This document shows positions 51,350 to 62,261 of a stretch of DNA of 64,000 bases, piece by piece; position 1 is the first letter of the stretch, and every line of letters starts with the position of its first letter. The stretch comes from Octopus sinensis. Lineage: Eukaryota. The position numbers and the translations under genes are program-made. Below the pieces are notes generated by a model that was given only the letters and a program-made list of their open reading frames with translations, was not told where the DNA came from and did not search any database. The stretch lies in the NCBI RefSeq assembly GCF_006345805.1, contig NC_043004.1, positions 86,862,001 through 86,926,000 of the forward strand. The letters run 5' to 3'.

Positions 51350-51582
51350 ATATGGCATAGTGGTTAAGAGTGCGGGCTACTAACCCCAAGATTCCAAGTT
51401 CGATTCCAAGCAGTGACCTTAACAATAATAATAATAACAACATCGAAAAATACCTGAGGAATGAGAACCCAGGTTCGAAATTTCCCCAAGACACCTGAAG
51501 AAGGCTGGAGTATATATCAGCCAAAACATTGTGTTAACAACAAACAAGATGAGGACAAATATCCGTCCAATGTAAATAATGT
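51350..51582 (+). mobile_element. tRNA-head SINE with hammerhead-like tail (right copy)
   Basis: A box TGGCATAGTGG, B box AGTTCGATTCC, (AAT)n, then GACACCTGAAGAAGGCTG-loop-CAGCCAAAACATTGTGTT. Confidence 0.8.
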
Positions 51583-51639
51583 ACATAATTCCTCATCTCT
51601 TAAATATAGAACTGTACTGCCACATTTGTTACAGTATTG

Positions 51640-52034
51640 TTTTATTTCTTCAGTCTTTAGACTGTGGCCATATCAGGGCACTGCCTTCAAGAGTTTTATT
51701 CAAACAAATTGGCCCCTGTACTTATTGTTTTTTTTTTTAGCCTGGTACTTATCCTATCAGTCCTTTTTGCTGAACCACTAAGTTAGAGGGATGTAAAACA
51801 TCCACAATAGTTGTCAAACAGTTTGGGTAAACAAAGACACATGGAAAGCGGACGTTAAACGATGATGATGAAAGACACACAAGCTTGTGTGTATATGTGT
51901 AAAACAGGCTTCTTTCAGTTTCCATCTACCAAATCCACTCACAAGGCTTTGGTTGACCCAAGGTTATAAGTAGAGGACTCTTGTTCAAGTGGGACTGAAC
52001 CCAGAATCATATGGTTTGGGAGTAAACTTCTTAA
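51640..52034 (-). mobile_element. Major tRNA-head SINE (diverged) carrying a 30-nt RTE insertion
   Basis: Reverse-oriented family sequence; insertion at 51841-51870 with AAAGACAC duplicated on both sides. Confidence 0.75.
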
Positions 52035-52455
52035 CACATAGCCACACCTGCACCAAAACAATATTATATATTGTTTCGAAATTTAATTAAGCCCCTAGCA
52101 CTTTGGTTTTAACATTTATTTGATTTGAAAAGTTATTTATCTGTTATATTAGTGCTAATGGTAGATTCCTGTGGTGTAAAAAGTCTGTCAAGCTGTGGAA
52201 AAGAGATGGCAAAAAGAGAGAGAGAAAGAGGGAGATTCAAATGAGTGCCATTAGCAAGTGTGCACACACACACACATATGCTCTTGTCTTTTCAAACAAT
52301 TAGCTGTAAGTGAGAGAAAGTCATGCCATTAGTGTTCATATGAGTGGGAACTAAAAGAAAAATATTGTTTTCCTCAAGTAATGAGTAAAATATTCCATTT
52401 TGGTAATTTGCTCTTTTGGTTAATTTATTCAGTATATTTTGTTGTGCTGTATGTA

Positions 52456-52460
<5 letters not shown>

Positions 52461-52497
<37 letters not shown>
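52461..52497. repeat. (GT)n microsatellite
   Basis: Direct reading. Confidence 0.9.
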
Positions 52498-52501
<4 letters not shown>

Positions 52502-54047
52502 ATATGCTTAAACATGAAAATGTCATATTGATCTTCAATACTTAGTGGGTTTTTTTTCCCTAATTATCCATTGGGTCAGCTTCTTTATTTGAGAATATTA
52601 GGGAGTTTTTCTACTGAGATCATGTTTCAAAACTTCTTTCCAGAACTCCACCATAATCCTTTTTTCCCCATCCTTTCTTTAATAGTTTTTGTATACTTCA
52701 TTTTTACAATCATTTTTCTGTGTCAGCATAATCAGTCATACAGGTTTGCAGTATAGAAGCTGTTCATACATTTTAGACCCTCAACCCATCAGCAGGCACC
52801 TTACTGCATTTTGTGGTGTTTTATCAAGTTCTGGTACTTTTGCTTTTTTTATGTCTTTTCTAATGTGTGATGATATGTTTATCTTACATTAGTATTTGTT
52901 AGAGAACCTCTATTATTTAGTCTAAAGCCTGCACATGGCAACTTCAGTTTTCATGAGCAAAACAAAGTATAACAGACAACATACCTCTATCACACCAACA
53001 CCAATAAAGTTAATATTTCAGGCATGGATCTTTCTCTGAATGAAACAAAAAGCAAAATATGAGTAGAGGAGTTATCTTTCTTGAGCTTGGAGTTTTAACT
53101 TTTGAGCCATAAAATTTTAACAAGGGAAATCATTGATAGTTATTTAATTCTGTTGGGTAATAGCTATTCATTTGGATTATCATAGTGAAATATCTTCTAA
53201 ACAATCTGAAAATCAATCTGATGAAGGTTCTATCTCAACTGGTTAATTGGAATGAAATATTTTGTATATTGGATAGGGTGTTTGACTTTCAAGTCCAAAG
53301 ATTGTATGTTGAAGTCTCATTGTCATTCCACATACTTGCATGGTTGTTGTGGTTACGAAGTTTGCTTTGCAACCATTTTGTTTCAGGTTCAGTCCCATTG
53401 TGTGACACCTTCAGCCTTGTGAGTGAATTTAGGTGGAAATAAATGTATAGAAGTTTGTCATATATAAATATCTACATGCATTTATGTTTGTTCCCTCTAC
53501 TGCTGGTTGATTTACATCTCCATAACTTAGCATTTTGACAAAAGAGATGGATCAAAATAAGTACCAAACTATAAAGTCATGGGGTCAATTTGATTGACTG
53601 AGCCCTTTAAGGTAGTTTCCCAGCACAGCCTCATCCCAATGACTGAAACAAATGAAAGATAAAGATAAGTTTCACTGCTTTTTGAGAATATATTTATTGT
53701 TGTTTCAACTACATTTGATTTATGGTGCCTTAGATTTTTCCTATGTGTGTGTGTACCTGTACACCTTATCTCCTCATAATAGCAGAAAACAGGAAACCAC
53801 TGATTTCTACATGTATTTTTTATAATGATATAATTAACTGTCCTTTATATACTGTTAATATCTTGATTGCATGAGTGCTGTGTTTCTGATATATATATAT
53901 ATATCATCATCATCATCATCGTCATCATCATTTAGCGTCCGCTTTCCATGCTAGCATGGGTTGGACGGGTCAACTGGGGTCTGTGAAGCTGGAAGGCTTC
54001 GTCAGGCCCAGTCAGATCTGGCAGTGTTTCTACGGCTGGATGCCCTT

Positions 54048-54092
<45 letters not shown>

Positions 54093-54212
54093 ATACACGC
54101 ACTTCATTCAGAGTGAAACTTATCGTGTTATTTCAGAAAATAATGTATTGCTCTATTTTATTTTATATCTTGTGATTGACTTATGCATTAGAAGTATTCT
54201 GATACATTTCAG

Positions 54213-54428
54213 CTATGAAGAGGACGAACCAGTTGAGTTGGACAGCAATCAAATTCGACCACGTGCTCGCCACATCATTAAGTTCAAAGACATAACAGTT
54301 GGACAGAAAGTAATGGCAAACTATAACTATGATTCCCCTGAACAGCGAGGTTATTGGTATGATTGCATTGTCACATCCAAAAGGGATACTCGTACTATAA
54401 AGGAACTTTATGGTACTGCTTTCATTGG
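54213..54428 (+). CDS. UHRF1: UHRF1 coding exon 5 (tandem Tudor domain)
   Basis: Acceptor tttcag|C. YEEDEPVELDSNQIRPRARHIIKF...VGQKVMANYNYDSPEQRGYWYD, typical UHRF TTD. 216 nt, donor GG|GTAAGA. Confidence 0.95.
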
Positions 54429-55701
54429 GTAAGAATATTTGCTTTGTTTTAAGTTATGGGGTTCTATTTAAAATACACACAAACATATATTTCATGGTAT
54501 TGGCCAGATTCTTTGTAGTTGTAATACACCACTGGTCACAAAGTGCCTCACATCATTTTAGCCTTCGAATAATGACACCCCTGTGACTAGGCAAGCTGAC
54601 CAACATTCCCTCTGATCGGCATTCTATTCCATTGCAGCTGAGTGAACCGGAACAGCATGAAATGAATTGGATTTGTTCAGGCACATAAAGTGCTGCCTAG
54701 TCTGGGAATCAAACCCGTAATCTAGCAATACTGAGTGCAGCAATATGGAAAAAATTGAATTTTATGGGATAGACAAGTTGTGCTGTTTGAATAATGGTGG
54801 CTTTTTGTGTTGCTGCAGGGGCTAGAGGCAGTTATCTTTGTGGGTGTAAAAATTTGGGAGAGTTTTGAAGGGGGGGGGGGTAAAGAAGAGGGCAATAAAA
54901 AGAACCAGGCAAAGAAGACAAACAAAAGAAGAAAGGGAAAAGGCTATGTCTTTTCACACACATGCATGCGCGACAGCGACTTCAAAGTTTCAGCATGCTT
55001 GCTTTCAGTTAGTTGAAAAAATAATGGTGATGAAATCAATTATAGTTTCTATATCCACTTTTCCATGCTTGCATCAATGAAAAAGAATCTTTGAAGCAGA
55101 TTTTCTACGGCTGGATGGTTTTCCTATCATGATCCCTCACTTGTTTCCAGGTAAACTAATATTTCCCCTGTGGCCTGGCATTTTGTTTGCACAGAAGATG
55201 AAGACATGAAGTTTAATGATGTTCACTTACAACTCTAATGTAATACCCAGACAAGAAGACACACACAGACATTTTCAACAAGTTTTTCAAATGGGGTGGG
55301 CAATGGTGTGAGGAGGGTTGCAAGTCACTCGGGGCTACCATTTGGTTGCCATAGTGAGGAATATGGGAAAAATTGAGTTTTATGGGATAGACAAGTTGCG
55401 CTGTTTGAATAATGGTGGCTTTTCATGTTGCTGCAGGGGCTAGAGGCGGTTATCTTTAATTGTGGGTGTAAAAATTTGGGAGATTTTGGAAAGTGGGGTA
55501 ACGAAGAGGGCAATAAAAAGAACCAGGCAAAAAAGCCGAACAAAAGAAGAAAGGGAACAGGAGACAACACGCACAAAACAACACCACCACCACCAAAAAC
55601 CCGAGCGAAGCACAGGTTAAAATAGCTAGCCTTTTTATAAGAACCATATTGCTTCCTATTGTTTAAGAAATGTATTGATTTTCTTTCATTTAATTTTTCA
55701 G

Positions 55702-55829
55702 AGTAGACTTGACACCTTTAGAGAACTGCCACCTTCTATTCCGTGATGAAATATTTACTATTGAGTCTGCTGGCATGCAAATGAATGAGTCTCATTTGCT
55801 AACGAATCCAGAAGCTTCTCCTGCTAAAC
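55702..55829 (+). CDS. UHRF1: UHRF1 coding exon 6 (end of TTD and TTD-PHD linker)
   Basis: Acceptor tttttcag|A. VDLTPLENCHLLFRDEIFTIESAG... (human LNDCRIIFVDEVFKIE). 128 nt. Donor C|GTTTGT is weak but is the one that keeps frame with exon 7. Confidence 0.85.
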
Positions 55830-55873
55830 GTTTGTACTTTTTACCATTACCAGTCAGTTGTCCATTCACTTAA

Positions 55874-56093
55874 CCCTTTAGTGTTTAAACTGACCATACC
55901 CGGCCAAAATATTCTACCTATTTTATGTTCAAACTAGTCAGATATGGTCATTCATAGCTACCTTATTGTGTCATTTCAAAAATAAACAATCACATCATTG
56001 AAATCTCAAAGCCATGAAATGATGCAAGATTAATTTTACATGGTGTGAAGACATAAGCTTTACATTTGACAGAATAATCTGAATGCTAAAGGG
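55874..56093. mobile_element. piggyBac-type MITE, family B, filling most of intron 6
   Basis: TTAA|CCCTTTAGTGTT ... AATGCTAAAGGG|TTAA, 220 bp. Confidence 0.88.
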
Positions 56094-56166
56094 TTAATCC
56101 CTAAAATTTTCCTTCTTCCTGTATATTTTCTGTATTATATCATTTGACCATTTCTGATTATTTCAG

Positions 56167-56353
56167 GATTGAACAAACCTGAATGTGATTACTGCAATGA
56201 CAACCCACGCCGAAAGTGTCGACATTGTGCCTGCAGTGTGTGTGGAGGCAAGAATAATCCTGAAAAACAAATCCTTTGTGATGAATGTGACATGGCGTAC
56301 CATCTAGATTGCTTGAAACCACCATTAGAAAAGATACCTGATGAGGATGAGTG
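56167..56353 (+). CDS. UHRF1: UHRF1 coding exon 7 (pre-PHD and PHD finger)
   Basis: Acceptor tttcag|GA. CDYCNDNPRRKCRHCACSVCGGKNNPEKQILCDECDMAYHLDCLKPPL...EDEW. 187 nt, donor TG|GTAAAT. Confidence 0.96.
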
Positions 56354-56559
56354 GTAAATATTACTTTTGCTGTTTATAAATACATTTTCTGTGTAAGTGT
56401 TTATCATCATTGTTATTATTTTCACATCCACTTTTCCATGCTTGTATGGGTTAGATAGAATCAATTGAGGCAGATTCTCTGTTGTTTGTCTTATTTACAC
56501 AAAAGATTGGAAACAAAGCACTGTATAATAAGCGACATTAATTTATGTCAATGCGCCGC

Positions 56560-56872
56560 CTAGACTGGCTTCCGTGCCGGTGGCACGTAAAAGCATCATC
56601 CGAACGTTGCCAATGCCAGCGCTGCCTTGACTGGCTTCTGTGCCAGTGGCACGTAAAAAGCACCAATCCGATCATGGCCGTTGCTAGCCTCGCCTGGCAT
56701 GTAAAAAGCACCCACTACACTCACGGAGTGGTTGGCGTTAGGAAGGGCATCCAGCTGTAGAAACACTGCCAGATCAGACCGGAGCCTGGTGCAGCCTTCT
56801 GGCTTCCCAGATCCCCAGTCGAACTGTCCAACCCATGCTAGCATGGAGAATGGGCGTTAAACGATGATGATG
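56560..56872 (+). mobile_element. RTE 3' UTR module
   Basis: GGCACGTAAAAGCA units, core GGTTGGCGTTAGGAAGGGCATCC and tail CGTTAAACGATGATGAT. Confidence 0.85.
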
Positions 56873-57379
56873 TGATGCCAAGAGATGGAGACAAAACACA
56901 CGCATATTTGGCAGACTTTCAGTTTCTGTCTACCAAATCCATTCTAGGATTTGGTTATCCTGAAGCTGTATTAGAAGTCACTTGCCTAAGGTGCTATACA
57001 GTGGGACTGAACCTGAAACTACATGTTTTGGCAAGTGAACTTCCTAATCACATATATATAAATTCACTTTTCTATGCTTGCAATGGTTGAAAGGAGTCTG
57101 AGCCAGATACCCTTCCTGTTGCCAACATTTAACTACTTCCCAGCAAGATATTTCCCCCATAGCCACGAGCTAACACGTTTTCAAAGAATGCTGGAAACTA
57201 ATGGCTCTGCTTGTATGACTGAAACTCAATTACAATTACCATGGGATGTCAAGTTGAGGGTATGCAAAAATAGATGCATGTACAGAGAGAGAGATAGGCA
57301 GAGGCTTCCTTCAGAATCTGTTTACCAAATCATGAGTCATGTATATCGAATAGATGAAATACTGAAAATTGTTCCACAG

Positions 57380-57503
57380 GTACTGTCCAGAGTGCAAGGT
57401 TGACGATGGAACTGTAGTTAAAGCAGGAGAACGGCTAAAGGAAAGCAAGAAAAGAGCAAAAATGCCTTCAGCAAAAAACACCAGCACACGGGATTGGGGT
57501 AAA
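57380..57503 (+). CDS. UHRF1: UHRF1 coding exon 8 (PHD end, PHD-SRA linker)
   Basis: Acceptor ccacag|[42 protein letters not shown] (human YCPEC...GERLRESKKKAKM...RDWGK). 124 nt, donor AAA|GTAAGT. Confidence 0.96.
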
Positions 57504-58141
57504 GTAAGTATACTTGTACAAGTTTTTAATGTTTAGAAAAGATAAAAGTGTTAATCTTTGCATTACTTGTAGTTAAAATTGAACTATATCATAATTTGTT
57601 ATATGGTTCCAATAAACGAAGCTTTCTGTTACCTAATTGGTTTAAGAAGAAGGCAAAATGAATTATTATTAATATACAGGTTTCAAATTGTGGACACAAG
57701 GCCAGCAATTTTGGGAGAGGGGTTAAGTTGATTACATGGAACCCAGTGCTCAACTGATACATATTTTATCGATCCTGAAAGAATGAAAGGCAAAGTTGAC
57801 CACAGTGGAATTTGAGCCCAGAGCATACTGCGAAGCATTTTGCCTGGTGTGCTAACGGTTCTGCTAGCTTGCCAGCTTCAATGAATTATTAATATATTAA
57901 TGTGGGTTTCTGTTAATTTGTAAATGAATATAAGATATGTTTGTTTTAACTTTATTCACAGTCAATAGAGATACAGTTAATTTTGTTCTGTTTCTCTCCT
58001 TGAATCTATTCTGCTGTCTCTGGACAATTGAGTTTTAGTAATATACTGTCTTGAGTAGATTTGCAATTTGCTTGCATTTACAAAATAGTGACTTAGATCT
58101 CCAAAATCATTGTTTAATTTTATTATGTGTGTAATTTTCAG

Positions 58142-58249
58142 GGAATGGCATGTGTTGGTCGGCAGAAGGAATGTACACTGGTCCCTCCAGACCATTTTGG
58201 TGTTATTCCTGGTGTACCTGTTGGAACAACATGGAAATTTAGAGTTCAG
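58142..58249 (+). CDS. UHRF1: UHRF1 coding exon 9 (start of SRA domain)
   Basis: Acceptor ttttcag|[39 protein letters not shown]. 108 nt, donor CAG|GTAAAT. Confidence 0.96.
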
Positions 58250-59849
58250 GTAAATATGTGATAAGCATAAGAAGAGATTGCCAATCTCTCATTTAAATGT
58301 TTCTGACAGAATATCTTTTCTTTTCTTAGTTTTAGTTTATACCAATAGCTATTACCACTAAGAAGTAAAGTTTCTTCCAAACTGAGTCCTCCTTCCCTCT
58401 CTGCTGCAGTTACAATGGACTCAATGCTAAAATATTCTAAAACCTTTTTGATACCAACCTATCTGAGAAAATTCCTGGTTCTATGATACAAACTTCTGTT
58501 TTAAAAAGATTTAAATTAAAACCTTCCCTTAGAATTTCATGTTAATTTAGGTTTAAAAAAAGCGGCTGAATGAAATTATTTTACTACATTTTTTATTTCA
58601 AAATTAATTGAAACATTAACAGTTTATTATTTTTTAAATATGGTAACAAAAGTGTTAAATAGTACTTGTTCAATAATTTTTTTATATATCTTTGGAAGTC
58701 CAATATTTTACTTAATTTTGTTGCATTTTTTTGTAATTTTTTGGCATTATTTACCCTTTTTATTACCATATTTTTTGGGAAATATAGTCTTTGTTTCAAT
58801 TAATTTCGTAGATCGTTTAACATAGGGTATTTGTGTCAGAACCATGGACCATCGAACATATCCTTTGAAAAAGTACTGGGGCTCTTTTAATCAAATATGC
58901 CTATTATCTAAGTCCTTTTTGTCTATTTCAAAAGTGGTTATTTTATGTGCATAGTTTTTAAAATGTTGGAAACCTTTCTAATCTATTCAGTGTAAAGGGA
59001 GATAAGACCATCACCAATGTGAGCTTTCAACATAAAACATTTAGATATCTGTGAACATTCTCTGAGAAACACAATGATGGTAGTGGTTGTGCTATATTTC
59101 TTTCAAGTATTTAAAAAGAATGTAAACTCTCAGATTTATGTGTTTATTATAGGTGAATGTTGGTCTTTCATGTGTACTCTTCTCCATATCAAACGTTGTG
59201 AATGTATAAAAATGATTCAAAACCAAGTTTAGGAAATTGCTTTGGCTATTTTATTAACTGTATTGTCAAATATTTTGAACAAGACCCAGGAAGATGTAGG
59301 TGTAGTTGGACTAAACTGACCACTCCTGTATTTTATTTATTTGTTAAAGAATAAAAGGAAATCACCCTCTCAAACATAAAATATTCTGCTTTTTGTGGGG
59401 GTTTTTTTTTTCTTTCTTAAATGGCAGAAACACTGTCCCAATTAGTTATGCAGGTAACCAGTAAAAGTTTCTTAAGCATGTCACTCACAACCAAAGTCTA
59501 AAGACATCCCCCCACCAGCCATCCCTAGTGGTTTACTAGCACCTGTGTTGCACTCACAGAGATTAAGTCTACTGTCTGCAACATCTTGAGAATTTTATTT
59601 ACCATCACTAAATGTGAAAGCATTTATTCACAACAACACCTGGAAGGCCAGCTGTCAGGAAAGCAAAAATGTTTTATATGCATTGTGTGGTGAGCCTTTC
59701 AGTTTCTTGACAAATGAGTCTCAACCTTCCAGAAAATAACTCATTTGCCACACAACCAGGATGATGGCAGTCTTTTTAAAGTCACTTTATCCAACTCATG
59801 TGGCTTCCTTATTCACTCCACCACTTATTCACAATTGCTTAGCATGAGA

Positions 59850-60455
59850 TCTTCCCTGCTTACCTCAGTACATTTTGACAGTATCCTTTTGATTGTTCTC
59901 AAATAGCATGCTGCAGGGCTAGCATCTTTACCAAATTATCAAATCATTCTCTCTCAACAGGGACGTATCCCAGTCATTTGACACATGTAATGCTGTGTCC
60001 ATATTCCATAGAAGGGCAATCTTTTTGACCCTATAAACTTTTCCTTCACTTTCAGGATATCAAACATAGTGGAGAGTTATGTAAACAACTAATTCCATAA
60101 TCATATTGAGTATTTTTCCTTTGTGATTGACTACCAATAATGGTTTCTGTAGAAGAAACCATTACTTGCTCTACTGTGTTGTCCCTTGCCCTTCAGCAAA
60201 ATCAGTGTTTCATTACTAAAACTTTACTGTTTTCCCACAGCATATGGACCCTGTTTGTAACTCTTTTGGGGGATTAAAAGTTCCCTATGAAACTGATACT
60301 GATCCATAACATCATACATTGACAGGTTCACTCCAGTTCACATTCTGTCAGATCTGGTTTGTTCCTTGAAAAGGTGTCTGTTATTTCTCCTGCTCTGTAT
60401 TAATGATCTTACTTTCCCTTGTAAACTTATTCCTATGTAAATGACACCAACCTCA
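59850..60455 (+). mobile_element. Decayed CR1/L2/Jockey-like LINE RT remnant
   Basis: Frameshifted pieces SLSTGTYPSH, KGNLFDPIN, ISNIVESYVNN, DYQ, CINDL and SYVNDTNL (degenerate YADD) in canonical RT order. Confidence 0.72.
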
Positions 60456-60809
60456 TTCCTCTTTAACTTTTTGTACATTGACATCTTTTATTCCAAAACT
60501 ACACTGCTTTCTCTGTAGTTGGGGGCCTTGAAAAGATAAGACTCCTCCATCAGCTCTACATGAATTCAAAAAGCAGCATCTTCACCACCCCCAACCTAAG
60601 CAATACTAAATAAGGCTAATGGCACTACTTTCCTTTGTAAAGTTATTGTTTTTTTTTTCTGTAGAGAGTGGGAATGGAATGATGTGAATGTGATCGCATA
60701 TCTGGAGTGTTCATTATTTTCTTTGATTTCTCTCCACTTCACCCCTTATCATGTCCCTTTTTTTTTCTTTTTCTTAGCCTTGTTTTTAATCTCAAGATTT
60801 ATTTTTCAG

Positions 60810-60914
60810 GTCAGTGAAGCAGGAATTCACAGACCTCATGTTGCAGGCATCCATGGCCGTGAGGATGTGGGTGCATTTTCAATTGTACTTTCTGGAGGAT
60901 ATGAGGATGATGTA
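60810..60914 (+). CDS. UHRF1: UHRF1 coding exon 10 (SRA thumb and 5mC pocket)
   Basis: Acceptor tttttcag|[38 protein letters not shown]. 105 nt, donor GTA|GTGAGT. Confidence 0.96.
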
Positions 60915-61353
60915 GTGAGTAGGCATCTTTGTTCTTGTTTCCATTTAAAGTAGACGGCAGTTCTTTTTCACAACAGTAACTTGTTTAGACCATCTGCGCC
61001 ACATACACACTCTCACTCTATTGTTTTACTCTCTCTCCTGCTTTTACTCAGCAGGCAGCTTGCCTCTTTTTCCTCTTCACCATTTCATTAGTCTTTCTTT
61101 CTCTCCTCTATATTAAAAGTAATTGGATGCTCTTTCTTTCACTCTAGTCTTGTTTTTCTCTGGCTGTGTGGTTAAGAAATATGCAGCTTCCCAACCATAT
61201 GGTCTTGGGTTCAATTCCACTGCCTGGTACTTTGGGCAAGTGTCTTCTATTGTAGCTCCAAGCTGACCTTGTGAATAGATGCGATAGGCAAGAAACTGAA
61301 ATAAGTCCATCATGAGTGTGTCTTGTGTTTCATTGTTTTTACATCACACTATA

Positions 61354-61667
61354 ACGATAAATGTCACCCTTTTCAAGCCTAACCAGGCTCATGGGCCCAG
61401 TTTCCCAGTTTGTGTGGTGTATATGTTCCCCCCAGCTGGACGGGACGCCAGTCCATCGCAGCATTACTCAAGAAACAGGAAGCGAGAGTGAGAGAAAGTT
61501 GTGGCGAAAGAGTACAACAGGGGTCGCCACCACCCCCTGCCGGAGCCTCAAGAAGCTTTTAGGCGTTTGCGTTCAATAAACACACGCAACGCCCGGTCTG
61601 GGAATCAAAACCGTGATCCTCCAACCACGAGTCTGCAGCCCTAACCACTGGGCCATTGCGCCTCCAC
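61354..61667 (-). mobile_element. tRNA-head SINE with V-domain-like core
   Basis: 13-bp TSD ACATCACACTATA (61341-61353 and 61668-61680); minus-strand core CTGCGATGGACTGGCGTCCCGTCCAG. Confidence 0.82.
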
Positions 61668-61975
61668 ACATCACACTATAGTTGTAAACAAGTGCCATTG
61701 TCATACAAGTGGTGTCCTTTCTTCCCAACCTGCAATGAAAATATATTTGGCTTGGAGAAAATATTAGTTTTCTAGAAACAGGTGAATGTTGACAGCAGGA
61801 AAGGCATTTGGCTGTAGAAAATCTACCTCAACAAATTCTGCTGGCAAAGAACAGTTGCCCAACAAAACTATCCTACAGATTAGCAAGACTATTTGAAAAG
61901 ATAAAAAAAAAAATTTTTTTTTTAAAAATCATGTGGAGTCTTTTTCATTTCTTTCTCATTTCATTCCTTTGCATA

Positions 61976-62261
61976 TTTTTATGATTATGCAACTTTAAAC
62001 TATTTGTTTCTTTTTAAGTAGGAATTTTTATAATTCATTTTACTCAATAACACCAGTTGCAAAGCCATAAATAGGAGTGGCATCTACTTTTATTCCTATT
62101 ATGTATGAAATAAAAAAAGAAATTATGTAGTATCCTCATTTTTATGATTATGCAACTTTAAACTATTTGTTTCTTTTTGAGTAAGAATTTTTATAATTCA
62201 TTTTACTCAATAACACCAGTTGCAAAGCCATAAATAGGAGTGTTATGTAGTATCCTCATTT
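61976..62261. repeat. Local tandem duplication, offset 163 nt
   Basis: TTTTTATGATTATGCAACTTTAAAC...ATAGGAGTG occurs twice; the second copy lacks ~43 nt. Confidence 0.88.

Noticed and set aside
51350-51410. Possible tRNA gene (likewise other A/B-box heads)
   Set aside because: No closing acceptor stem, and it continues into a repeat body present in two copies, so it is a SINE head.
53956-54212. N-terminal part of ORF 53956-54432
   Set aside because: An RTE fragment and (TA)n upstream of the real acceptor at 54211-54212.
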